This document shows positions 8,364 to 17,319 of a stretch of 64,000 nucleotides of DNA, piece after piece. Under the pieces are notes generated by a model. The model was not told where the DNA came from. It searched no databases and saw nothing but the letters and a program-made list of their open reading frames with translations. The position numbers and the translations under genes are program-made. Each line of letters starts with the position of its first letter. Positions within the stretch are counted from its first letter, which is position 1. This DNA comes from a virus, in the IMG/VR virus record IMGVR_UViG_3300031707_000008, positions 1-64,000 of that record; one strand, given 5' to 3'.

Positions 8364-9229
8364 GTATTGTGATGGCACATTTCAAACGAGAAACTCTTCT
8401 TGATCGAACGTTATGGGCGTATCGGCATTATCATTCTCTAGATACGCTACGTGATGTTGAGTTTATCATAATTGATGATGATGGTGGAAAGAGTCAACAT
8501 TTTTGGAATGTGATTGCGGAACATGGAAAGGCACTCAATATTTTTGCTACCGGAATAGATGAAGGAACTTATTGTCCTTGTATTCCGTTGAACTTCGCAA
8601 TAAAGCAAGCGCGTGGGAATGTTGTCGTAATAACGAATCCTGAATGTTTGCCCTTCACGAAAGACTTGCTGGACCAAATTAAAAAAAGAATAACAAATAA
8701 TATGTACCTCTCGTGTGCGTGTTATTCTTTGCCCTACGATGTTACGCAAGCTATGTATATGGTTGATTGGAAAACTAAGAAATATGCACTTACGTTTTTA
8801 GAATCAATACCAATTTACGATAACATGGCAGATGGTGACGGTATACCCGGCTGGTATAACCATAGTGAATATCGTCCAGTAAATTTGCATTGGTGTACGG
8901 CAATTTCTAGAGAATTCCTTGTTGCTATGGGTGCGTTTGATGAAGATTTTGCAATGGGGTTTGCTTACGAAGATAATGATTTTGCACGACGCATTGCAAA
9001 TTCTGGTTTGCGGATCCAATTCGCGAATGACTTACGCGTTTTCCATCAACATCATTACTTGCCTACATATTATACGCCAGAGAGACATGCACATATTGAA
9101 AGAAATCGCGTGGTATGTGAAAATAAACGCTATGCGGGTTTCGTTCGAAATCTAGGCAAAAAGTGGGGAACGTTACACAATCTACCTAAGCGAGTAGAGC
9201 GTTGGGAAGATGGGAAATTATGTCAATAA
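8357..9229 (+). CDS. Glycosyltransferase family 2 (GT-A fold)
   Basis: LSIVMAH, FIIIDDD, LNFAIKQARG, GAFDEDFAMGFAYEDNDFARR, HQHH. Confidence 0.9.
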   Translation: MLSIVMAHFKRETLLDRTLWAYRHYHSLDTLRDVEFIIIDDDGGKSQHFWNVIAEHGKALNIFATGIDEGTYCPCIPLNFAIKQARGNVVVITNPECLPFTKDLLDQIKKRITNNMYLSCACYSLPYDVTQAMYMVDWKTKKYALTFLESIPIYDNMADGDGIPGWYNHSEYRPVNLHWCTAISREFLVAMGAFDEDFAMGFAYEDNDFARRIANSGLRIQFANDLRVFHQHHYLPTYYTPERHAHIERNRVVCENKRYAGFVRNLGKKWGTLHNLPKRVERWEDGKLCQ

Positions 9230-10497
9230 AAGTTCTTGTTGCAAATCCACCGTGGCATTCTCCTGGGAAATGGGGTTTACGTGCTGGTGGACGTTGGTCG
9301 TATATGGCACCTTATCCTTGTATGACCAATCCACCGTTCTTCATGCTTTTCGCATTAACGTATGCGAGGAGACACTTCAGGAAAGACGAGGTTGAATTTT
9401 TCTTTCATGACTCTATTCCGAGTCGCGAGAGTTATGAAGCATTCTATGAGTACATGTTTGAGTTTAATCCTGACGTGTTGATAATTGAGCCCGCGACGGC
9501 GTCGTTCTATCACGACATGGAAGTGTGTCGTGAATTGCATAAACGACTTCCAAAAATGAAGATTATCCTTACAGGGGCACACGTGAGTGCTTTGGCCAGT
9601 GAAATCATGAACGAGTATGGAGATAAATCTCCGTATGACATATGGGCGATCTTCAAAGGTGAGTACGAACACACTTTAGTTAACTTCTTGCGAAAAGAGT
9701 TGGTGGTGGGGGAAAAGTCAATGGGGGTATGGGAATACGATCTCATGCCGCCTGAAGAAGTCTTAAACTCCCCCTTCGCCTGGAGAGGAATACCATCTGG
9801 CGATATTGCAAGGTATTGCGACTATCCCATTGAACCTCAACGTACTTACACGTTGTGGGGATCTCGTGGTTGCCCGTATCGTTGCATTTTTTGCCAATGG
9901 CCGGCGGTCATGTATAACACCAAGTATAGACCGCGTTCTCCTGCTAACATTCTTGCGGATATTGATGATGCCTTTCGATTGTGGCCACAATTGAATAGTG
10001 TGTACTTCGATGACGACACATTCAATATTGGAGAAGGTCGTTTGTATGAGATATCCGAAGGATTGATGAAGAGAAACATTCGTTGGGGGGCAATGTGTCG
10101 ACCCGATACGTGTTCAATAGATACGTGGCGTTTCATGGTGAAGTGTGGACTGACGAAAGTCAAGTTAGGAATTGAATCCGGCAGTCCGGAAATGATTAAG
10201 TGTTGCAAGAAACGACTTGACCTTGGGGTTGCTCGCGAAACAATTCGTGTTTTGAAGAGTTGTGGGGTTAAAGTCCACTTGACGTTTACTGAAGGTCTTC
10301 CTGGAGAGAAGGCAGAAGACTTAACCCTGTCGCATCAATTCCTTGAAGAGACGCGACCCGATACTTGGCAATGGAGTTATTGCGTCCCATTCCCAGGGAC
10401 ACCATTTTGGAAGCAGTATCGTGAACAATTGAAGGGGATTGATTTTGCATTATACGATGGGACGCGTTTCAAAATCGCGGATATGGTAAAGTTATGA
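9220..10497 (+). CDS. B12-binding radical SAM protein (class B methyltransferase-like)
   Basis: IILTGAHVS and GEYE in the B12 domain; SRGCPYRCIFC; FDDDTF; GIESGS; PFPGT. Confidence 0.9.
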   Translation: MSIKVLVANPPWHSPGKWGLRAGGRWSYMAPYPCMTNPPFFMLFALTYARRHFRKDEVEFFFHDSIPSRESYEAFYEYMFEFNPDVLIIEPATASFYHDMEVCRELHKRLPKMKIILTGAHVSALASEIMNEYGDKSPYDIWAIFKGEYEHTLVNFLRKELVVGEKSMGVWEYDLMPPEEVLNSPFAWRGIPSGDIARYCDYPIEPQRTYTLWGSRGCPYRCIFCQWPAVMYNTKYRPRSPANILADIDDAFRLWPQLNSVYFDDDTFNIGEGRLYEISEGLMKRNIRWGAMCRPDTCSIDTWRFMVKCGLTKVKLGIESGSPEMIKCCKKRLDLGVARETIRVLKSCGVKVHLTFTEGLPGEKAEDLTLSHQFLEETRPDTWQWSYCVPFPGTPFWKQYREQLKGIDFALYDGTRFKIADMVKL

Positions 10498-10859
10498 GAG
10501 CGATCATTGCGGGAAGTCGTAACATAAAGGACTTAAAAGTTGTAGAGGAAGCCATACGTGAATCTAGATTCGTCATTGATGAAGTTGTTTCCGGTGGGGC
10601 TTCGGGTGTTGATAGATTAGGCGAGCAATGGGCGACTCGCTACTCAAAACCCATAATAAGATTTCTTGCTAATTGGAACAAATTTGGTCGAGGTGCAGGT
10701 TTCGTTCGAAATGCGGAGATGGCAAGATATGGGGATGTGTTAATCGCCATTTGGGATGGCAAAAGTCCCGGAACGAAAAATATGATTAAAGTTATGCAGA
10801 AATATGGCAAGCCCGTACATGTAAAGGACTTGTCGGAAGTGTTATCTCACAAAGGTTGA
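10494..10859 (+). CDS. SLOG superfamily protein (DUF2493/YspA-like)
   Basis: IIAGSR, VVSGGASGVD, AGFVRNAEMA, AIWDGKSPGT. Confidence 0.85.
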   Translation: MRAIIAGSRNIKDLKVVEEAIRESRFVIDEVVSGGASGVDRLGEQWATRYSKPIIRFLANWNKFGRGAGFVRNAEMARYGDVLIAIWDGKSPGTKNMIKVMQKYGKPVHVKDLSEVLSHKG

Positions 10860-10863
10860 AATT

Positions 10864-11457
10864 ATGAAACAACATACGTATCGTGAAGTCTTAACGATGT
10901 TCCCGCAACTTGTTGTGGAGGAACAACATGGTTCTTTCTTCGTTTCTATAGTGTCTGAATGGTTAATGCGTCTTCGCCCAAGACTTGTTTTTGATGTGGG
11001 GATTGGTGTAGAAGGTTTTTGGGGGAGTTATATGCGAAAGTTGGGAATTCCTTGTGTGGGTATAGAGATTTGGGATAAGTACTTGACGCAACCCGCAATG
11101 CATGATTTTTACGATGGGATTATTGTTGGGGATATAGTCAATTTAGCTTCATCACTTTATGGTGATGTCATTATATTGGGGAACGTTCTTGAACATCTGA
11201 CGCAGGAAACAGCGTTGTCTGTGACGCGTTTATTGGCGGGGCATTGTAGGTGGTTAATTATTATGTCACCTTTAGGATTTCACGAACAAGCAGAGACAGA
11301 TGATTGTCCATACTCAAAGCATGTGTGTGGGTTTAGTCCAGAACATTTTGATTTCCTTTCGATTGTTGAATTGATACTTTTGAAGGAACCAGATGTTGTA
11401 GGTAGCGAATGCACTAAACCTTCGTGGTTCGCATTGCTTGCGAAGGGGAGCATGTGA
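10864..11457 (+). CDS. Class I SAM-dependent methyltransferase
   Basis: VFDVGIG.EG, VGIEIW, GDI, DVIILGNVLEHL. Confidence 0.8.
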   Translation: MKQHTYREVLTMFPQLVVEEQHGSFFVSIVSEWLMRLRPRLVFDVGIGVEGFWGSYMRKLGIPCVGIEIWDKYLTQPAMHDFYDGIIVGDIVNLASSLYGDVIILGNVLEHLTQETALSVTRLLAGHCRWLIIMSPLGFHEQAETDDCPYSKHVCGFSPEHFDFLSIVELILLKEPDVVGSECTKPSWFALLAKGSM

Positions 11458-12239
11458 TGCCCTTTACGAATGAAGTTAATATACTTCTTAAGCAATTCGA
11501 GTTTGATTGGTCTGGAAGTTATAAACACATTCGAGACGCTATTTATTTAATAACAAGATTGGTTGAAGCGCGAACGTATTTGGAGGTTGGTGCACCGAAA
11601 GACACATACTCGATACAATGTTTTAACGCACTTCCTGTGAAGATGAAGTTAACTATTGACAGGGACTTGAATGGAAGTGAAAATATTAACCCCACACAAA
11701 AATTGCAAATATCGAGTGACGACTTCTTTGGTTTACATGCTTTGAAGTATTTTCCTGAAGGTATAGATGTTGTTTTTATTGATGGGGATCATTCTTATAT
11801 TCAGTCGCGCCAAGATATAATAAACGCGTTGCAGTTTCTCACATCCCCCGGCGTGATACTCGTTCATGATTGTTTGCCGTCGAGTGAATATGCAACTGGG
11901 AAACAAACGTTTGAGGAACACCTTCAGTATTGTTCTTCACTTGAGGAATACACTCAAGCGGTTGCGATTTGGGTAGGTGAAGTATGGAAATCGATTGTGT
12001 ATTTTAGAAGTTTTCGTTCTGACGTGTATACGCGTGTCTTGAATTTTCCATTTATGGGGTTGGGTGTACTTTTCCCTACAAACATGTTTCAGAATACACA
12101 GTTGAATCTTGACTTGGCAACTATTGAAAACTTGCAATGGAAAGACGTTGAAAAAGATTTGAAGAAGTTCATTGGTTTAACGGAAATGCCTTACTTCACA
12201 AGAGTTTTGAGTAACATAACTCAGAGGCGGGTTTCATGA
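11457..12239 (+). CDS. Class I SAM methyltransferase (Methyltransf_24-like)
   Basis: YLEVG, SDDFF, DVVFIDGDHSY, PGVILVHDCLP, WVGEVWK. Confidence 0.85.
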   Translation: MPFTNEVNILLKQFEFDWSGSYKHIRDAIYLITRLVEARTYLEVGAPKDTYSIQCFNALPVKMKLTIDRDLNGSENINPTQKLQISSDDFFGLHALKYFPEGIDVVFIDGDHSYIQSRQDIINALQFLTSPGVILVHDCLPSSEYATGKQTFEEHLQYCSSLEEYTQAVAIWVGEVWKSIVYFRSFRSDVYTRVLNFPFMGLGVLFPTNMFQNTQLNLDLATIENLQWKDVEKDLKKFIGLTEMPYFTRVLSNITQRRVS

Positions 12240-12484
12240 CACCATCTTGCGGCATTAAAGTGAAGAGAATATTTCATCACGATGCGTGGGTTTTTGTAAA
12301 AGAAGAACTTGAGGGGAGAAGTTGGGATTTTTGTCTTTGCGCAATTTGCGCAAATTTGACACCAGAAGATGTTTTACACAATTGCCAAATCGCAAATGCA
12401 TTATATAGATTTTGCGTTGAGAACAACCTTGTTGCACCAATCTTTGAATGTCCTGTTTTTAGGGAGAAGGTCGAGAAGAAATGA
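12236..12484 (+). CDS. Cys-rich hypothetical protein
   Basis: ATGA overlaps at both ends; CLCAIC...C...C...ECP. Confidence 0.7.
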   Translation: MTPSCGIKVKRIFHHDAWVFVKEELEGRSWDFCLCAICANLTPEDVLHNCQIANALYRFCVENNLVAPIFECPVFREKVEKK

Positions 12485-13455
12485 CGACGATTTGTGCAGA
12501 AATTCAAGTCAAGGACGCCGACTGGATTCTTGGGGAGTGTTTAAGACATTTAAGTGACTTCGTCGATGAAGTCGTTGCCTTTGACGATGGATCTTCCGAC
12601 TTAACTCTTCCTTTATTACTATCATGGCCGTGCGTGAAGAAAATCTTCCGCAAACCCACTTCCGGTGTTTGGACCGAAAGTGAGAATCGTGCATTGCTTT
12701 TAGATATGGCAAAGACTTCTGGAAAGGAGTGGATTCTTTTCATTGACAGTGACGAAATTCTTGAGGCACGCGCTGCGAGAGGAATTAAGACGTTTTTACA
12801 AGAACGCCCGGAGATTTCAACTTGGAAGTGTGGAGAAATTAACTTGTGGAATAGTACGCATACGTATAGATGTGACGATTGGTTTGGTTTTGGGAAAGAC
12901 AACTTTCCACAGTTCGTGCGTTTTTTCCGAAATGATCCCGACTTGGTGTATCGACATACAGAAGGTTTGCATGGGAATCTTGTTCCAGTTAACGTAAAGT
13001 ACCCTGTCTTGAATAGTGGCTTCAATATTTTGCATTTTGCCTTTTTTGATCCAATTCGTCGCCAACGCAAAGCTGCATATTATCGTGAACGTGACGTTTC
13101 GTTGAGAAACGCCTCGGAAGATGATCCTTTACTGATTATGAATGTGAAGAGGTTGGTGTCAACTCCAAAACTCCCTCTCGTTGAAGTTGATACGTCTTGG
13201 TGGACACACGGGCAAGTTGAACTTCCATTGTTGGATTGTGACGCTCCAGTTGGACCATTCATTCAACACGATAGCGATACACGAAATCGTGTATGGGGGA
13301 AGGCCTTGTGGGGTAACTGGGATAAGAGTGGGAAAGTTTGGTTTGGAACACCTACGTGTGAGTCTAGAGAAGTTACGCGTCACGAACTTGTGTTACTTTA
13401 TTTCGAGGCGAAAAGAAGCGGAAAAGATATTTGTGAACTTTTCCAAAGGAGTTGA
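12481..13455 (+). CDS. Glycosyltransferase family 2
   Basis: VDEVVAFDDGSSD, WILFIDSDE; paralogous to the middle domain of 22821-25223. Confidence 0.9.
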   Translation: MTTICAEIQVKDADWILGECLRHLSDFVDEVVAFDDGSSDLTLPLLLSWPCVKKIFRKPTSGVWTESENRALLLDMAKTSGKEWILFIDSDEILEARAARGIKTFLQERPEISTWKCGEINLWNSTHTYRCDDWFGFGKDNFPQFVRFFRNDPDLVYRHTEGLHGNLVPVNVKYPVLNSGFNILHFAFFDPIRRQRKAAYYRERDVSLRNASEDDPLLIMNVKRLVSTPKLPLVEVDTSWWTHGQVELPLLDCDAPVGPFIQHDSDTRNRVWGKALWGNWDKSGKVWFGTPTCESREVTRHELVLLYFEAKRSGKDICELFQRS

Positions 13456-13456
13456 C

Positions 13457-14536
13457 ATGCCGTCTCCAAAATTGAGAATTCTCGTCACAGGTGATACCGG
13501 AACAATTGGTTGGTATCTTGTTCGTGAATTAAGACGCCGCGGGCATGAAGTTTTTGGTTGTTCGCGAAGACACGTTCCCGATGAGAAACATCTTCGTGCC
13601 GATGTGCGAGATTACCGTCAACTTGAACGGGTTTTTAGACAAGTTGAACCTACTGTGGTGTATCATCTCGCGGCTGAGTTTGGGCGTCATAATGGTGACA
13701 TGTTTTACGAACAATGTTGGGATACAAACGTGATTGGTGTTGAGAATGTTGCACTTCTATGCGCCGAATTTGGTGCGACTTTGATTTTTGCTTCTTCTAG
13801 TGAGGCGTATGGTGAAATAGATTTAGGTGACGACTTTATTCGTGAAGAGTATTTAAGTACACAACCTATTCACCACCTCAATAGTTACGCGATGTCGAAA
13901 TGGTGTGGTGAACACATTATTTTGAATGCTCAACGCAAATTCGATCTTCAGGCAGTTCGTTTGCGTTTCTTCAACGTTTACGGTCCGGGTGAGTTCTATC
14001 ATCCTTATCGCTCTGTTGTGTGTTTATTTTGTTATCGCGCTTTACATGGATTGCCTTACGAAGTGTATGACGGTTACCATAGAGTGTTTCAATTTGTTGG
14101 TGACTTCATTCCTACGGTAGCAAACGTTTGTGAATGTATTGATCCTCCAACAAGTCTCGCAATCAATATCGGCGGAGAAGAATACTGCTCCGTTGATTCA
14201 ATGTCTGCCAAAGTGCTTTCACTCGTGGGGGTGACTGAAGGGGACTTGCATATTCGCCATATAGCAAAAGACGAACATAACGTTGTCAATAAACGTCCCG
14301 ACAACACTTTAGCAAAAGGACTTTTGTCTCACAATCCTTCAACCCCCCTGTCTATCGGGTTAAAGGCCACGCTCGCTTGGATGACGAATATCTACGCGAA
14401 CACAATTGTACATCCACCGGCATTCTTGAAAGAGTGTACTTGCGAAGGTGAATATCAGTTACCCGTTCTTCAAGAAACAGTTGCGAAGAATACAAACTCC
14501 GAAACGAAGGAGACAGTAGACAATGTCGGTTTTTGA
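13457..14536 (+). CDS. NAD-dependent NDP-sugar epimerase/dehydratase (extended SDR)
   Basis: ILVTGDTGTIG, VYHLAA, ASSSEAYG, YAMSK, LRFFNVYGPGE; ATG at 13457 after AGGAG. Confidence 0.92.
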   Translation: MPSPKLRILVTGDTGTIGWYLVRELRRRGHEVFGCSRRHVPDEKHLRADVRDYRQLERVFRQVEPTVVYHLAAEFGRHNGDMFYEQCWDTNVIGVENVALLCAEFGATLIFASSSEAYGEIDLGDDFIREEYLSTQPIHHLNSYAMSKWCGEHIILNAQRKFDLQAVRLRFFNVYGPGEFYHPYRSVVCLFCYRALHGLPYEVYDGYHRVFQFVGDFIPTVANVCECIDPPTSLAINIGGEEYCSVDSMSAKVLSLVGVTEGDLHIRHIAKDEHNVVNKRPDNTLAKGLLSHNPSTPLSIGLKATLAWMTNIYANTIVHPPAFLKECTCEGEYQLPVLQETVAKNTNSETKETVDNVGF

Positions 14537-14648
14537 GATGGCGTACGCTCATCCATGGACAACTGCTTTACTTGCTTTGTGTTGTTGCTTCTTTGTCGTG
14601 GCGTTGGGGGCAATGGTAATAGAGGTTATTCGTGTGAGTAGGCATTGA
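14523..14648 (+). CDS. 41-aa membrane peptide
   Basis: Manually translated; AAGGAG RBS; one TM segment. Confidence 0.45.
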   Translation: MSVFEMAYAHPWTTALLALCCCFFVVALGAMVIEVIRVSRH

Positions 14649-14657
14649 GGGGATGCG

Positions 14658-15002
14658 ATGAAAATATTCATTGTTTGTCCGGTTCGTAAAATATCGGATT
14701 TGCTGAAATCAACAATCGAGGCAAAAATATTAGAATTAGAAAACGCAGGATATCTTGTTTATTACCCCGCTAGAGATACTGAACAGAATGATCCGACTGG
14801 ATATTCCATTTGTGCAACGAATAGAGAGGCAATTCGTGATGCGGATGAAATTCTGATCGCGTGGGATGGAAGTTCGGAGGGTGTTTTATTTGATATTGGG
14901 ATGGCATTTATGATGGGGAAGGCAATTAAGATTATAGAACCATTTCCTCCAAAAACCGAGGGTAAATCCTTCGCTTCAATGATACGGGAATGGGCAAGAT
15001 GA
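14658..15002 (+). CDS. Nucleoside 2-deoxyribosyltransferase-like protein
   Basis: KIFIVCP, VYYPARD, AIRDADE, SEGVLFDIGMAF. Confidence 0.75.
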   Translation: MKIFIVCPVRKISDLLKSTIEAKILELENAGYLVYYPARDTEQNDPTGYSICATNREAIRDADEILIAWDGSSEGVLFDIGMAFMMGKAIKIIEPFPPKTEGKSFASMIREWAR

Positions 15003-15003
15003 A

Positions 15004-15095
15004 TCTCGGCTCGCGGCGGCGTGATAGCGTCGGGGATGCGATGTAGAGCACTTATTAGCGGAGCCGGTTGTAGGAGCCCGGCCCGCGAGCCGAGA
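15004..15095 (+). ncRNA. Putative structured leader RNA element, copy 1
   Basis: 13-bp closing stem TCTCGGCTCGCGG/CCGCGAGCCGAGA enclosing hairpins, followed by an RBS; homologous copy at 63634. Confidence 0.55.
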
Positions 15096-15109
15096 GAAAA
15101 GGAGGCGTG

Positions 15110-15286
15110 ATGGAGGAGTTGAAGAAGTGTGCTCATTGTGGAGGTGTTGCCATTTGGCGCGTTTATGATGTATTCACAGGATGGGCACAATGCACAGAAT
15201 GCGGTATATCCACCCAAACAAGCACGCGAGAAATCGTGACAGAGATATGGAACCGCCGCGTGGAGGTGAAAGATGAGCAAGACTGA
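15110..15286 (+). CDS. Lar-family restriction alleviation protein (Zn ribbon)
   Basis: Not in the ORF track (58 aa): MEELKKCAHCGG...AQCTECG...EIWNRR; AGGAGG RBS. Confidence 0.8.
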   Translation: MEELKKCAHCGGVAIWRVYDVFTGWAQCTECGISTQTSTREIVTEIWNRRVEVKDEQD

Positions 15287-15857
15287 AAGAGAGGCATACG
15301 TATCTGGCTCTTTCGATGGGCAAGCAAGGAATTTAACGCCAAACGCAGCCGTTGAGATGGCGTTGGCATTATTCCCCAACAAGCCGTGCAAGAACGTAGA
15401 GGAAATAGTCGAACAATTTTTAGAGACACAAGAATGTGCGGGAACAGGATATCCTTCGGATATTTGCCCAAATTGTTTACGAGATAATCTACGAAGATTC
15501 TATGAATTCTTGAGAATAAACGAAGAAACGGAGGAAATATGTACTATTAATACGTGTCGGTTCTACGACGGAACGGTGGAGGAGCATTGTGCCGCAGAGG
15601 AACGATGCCCCAATCTGACAAAGAAGTCGTGCAAGGATGTACGGAAGATCGTCGATAAGTATTGCGCGGACGAAGACTATCAGGGCCTATTCAATGAAAG
15701 AAAACATTGCCAGTGTACGATTGGTATTAGTATCGAGGGAGAACCACCGTGGATGTGTTGTGAATGTGTCACAAGCGACTGTAAACCCGGCGTCTGGAGC
15801 GAGGGAAAGATTGTAGCGAAAGAAGGTGGTCAAGAACATGAATTTAGAGGAATTTAA
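15273..15857 (+). CDS. Cys-rich hypothetical protein
   Basis: GGAGGTG RBS; 194 aa. Confidence 0.7.
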   Translation: MSKTEREAYVSGSFDGQARNLTPNAAVEMALALFPNKPCKNVEEIVEQFLETQECAGTGYPSDICPNCLRDNLRRFYEFLRINEETEEICTINTCRFYDGTVEEHCAAEERCPNLTKKSCKDVRKIVDKYCADEDYQGLFNERKHCQCTIGISIEGEPPWMCCECVTSDCKPGVWSEGKIVAKEGGQEHEFRGI

Positions 15858-16125
15858 GGCGTGGGTAGATAAAGAGCGTTACTATGCCGAAATAGAAACT
15901 AGTATGGAAGCCTTAAATGTATGGCGCAAGGTTGAGGAGAATGTAAAGACAATTCCAAGTGATTTTAATTTGCGTGAATGGCAAAGATGCCCCGTTTGCG
16001 AAGGACATGGGTTAGTTCCTTACCCGCCTGGCGTTGCTGTAAGCATGCCTTTTACGAGTAGTTCTATGGGTCCGTGGGTATGTCCGACGTGTAAAGGAAT
16101 AGGAAAAATTGAGAAACCGTTGTAA
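15838..16125 (+). CDS. Protein with a DnaJ-type zinc finger
   Basis: CPVCEGHG...CPTCKGIG. Confidence 0.7.
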   Translation: MNLEEFKAWVDKERYYAEIETSMEALNVWRKVEENVKTIPSDFNLREWQRCPVCEGHGLVPYPPGVAVSMPFTSSSMGPWVCPTCKGIGKIEKPL

Positions 16126-16146
16126 ACCAGAGAAGGAGAATTCGCA

Positions 16147-17295
16147 ATGAAGAAATTGTGGAGACCAAAAATTTTTTGGGGTATATTTTTCATGGTCTTG
16201 TTTCTGGGAATGGGTTGCGACAATGATCCTGCTGTAATGTACCCACATCGAGCGGTAATCCATTGCGCAAGTCTTGCAGATTGGAGTGATGCAAAAATCA
16301 CGGAAGCGGCAAAGGGTTGGTTTATTGTTGTTCCAATGGATCGCATTTTCGCACCTGCAGAGAAAGTCGTTCTTGACAAAATTTACGCGGAAAATACATC
16401 TATGCAATTTCTCGGATATGTTACGGTATTGGGTGTGTATACATTGTGGCCGGATACTACGGGGTTTCGTGAGACTTTGCCTTTCAACTTGGACTATTAT
16501 TATGCGTGTCGGAGTGATTGGGTGTGGACGACAACTGGTGACACTGCAATGATTTGGCCGGGATTGGTCTTGTTGAATCCTATCAAAGATGGAATTGTAA
16601 ATAGAGCATTAATTTCACGAATTACGCGCTTGATCTATCATTACAAAATGCTTGGAACGTATCGCAACGACGGAATTTTTCATGATTACATAATGACTAG
16701 TGTTATAACTGGTTTGCCTACAATGTTTGGGAATGTTGATTTAGATGGTGATGGCGTGATTTTTCAGAATGATATTTCAGAAAAAGCACTTTTGTTGCAG
16801 TACCAAAGCGAATATTTAGACTCTTTACGAAGTGTCTTGGGTACGGATTACATCCAGATTGCGAATGGCAAGGCTGCTCAAGATGTCAACGAAATACGCA
16901 GACGATTAAATGGGATTAACTTCGAGAGTTTCCCCCGGCAACCGTGGCGCTTTACGGATCAAATGGGATTTCTTCGAATGTTAATAACGCAACGTCCGGG
17001 TTATTTATTGCCAGCGAAATCACGAACTTGGTCAATCGTGAACGATATTTCTGGTACGGGCAATTACCGTGTCTTCATTTGTAGTTTATTGGGAGGGACG
17101 TTCTACAATGAATTTTTCAATGGGGAGTCATTGTTCGATCATTGGAGTGTGAATGTTTCTACGGGGGCACCGATCGGATATTTGTCCGCGGTGAAATCCG
17201 GGAGTGACATCGTTATCACAAGGAAGTTTACCGGTGGAACTGCGACACTTTCGTTTGACTCAACAGGCACGATTAAGACGTGTATTTTTCAATAG
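16147..17295 (+). CDS. Putative lipoprotein with a glycoside-hydrolase-like TIM barrel
   Basis: Signal peptide ending LFLGMGC; DGIFHD, DLDGDG, IANG, NGINFESFP. Confidence 0.55.
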   Translation: MKKLWRPKIFWGIFFMVLFLGMGCDNDPAVMYPHRAVIHCASLADWSDAKITEAAKGWFIVVPMDRIFAPAEKVVLDKIYAENTSMQFLGYVTVLGVYTLWPDTTGFRETLPFNLDYYYACRSDWVWTTTGDTAMIWPGLVLLNPIKDGIVNRALISRITRLIYHYKMLGTYRNDGIFHDYIMTSVITGLPTMFGNVDLDGDGVIFQNDISEKALLLQYQSEYLDSLRSVLGTDYIQIANGKAAQDVNEIRRRLNGINFESFPRQPWRFTDQMGFLRMLITQRPGYLLPAKSRTWSIVNDISGTGNYRVFICSLLGGTFYNEFFNGESLFDHWSVNVSTGAPIGYLSAVKSGSDIVITRKFTGGTATLSFDSTGTIKTCIFQ

Positions 17296-17319
17296 TGTTT
17301 GTTAACTAGGAGGTGTATC

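Noticed and set aside
13181-13456. Long N-terminus of the epimerase ORF
   Set aside because: Overlaps the upstream GT; the Rossmann motif starts right after ATG 13457, which has an RBS
15004-15095. tRNA gene
   Set aside because: No TTCRA T-loop, D-loop consensus or CCA, and the closing stem is 13 bp; kept only as a structured element
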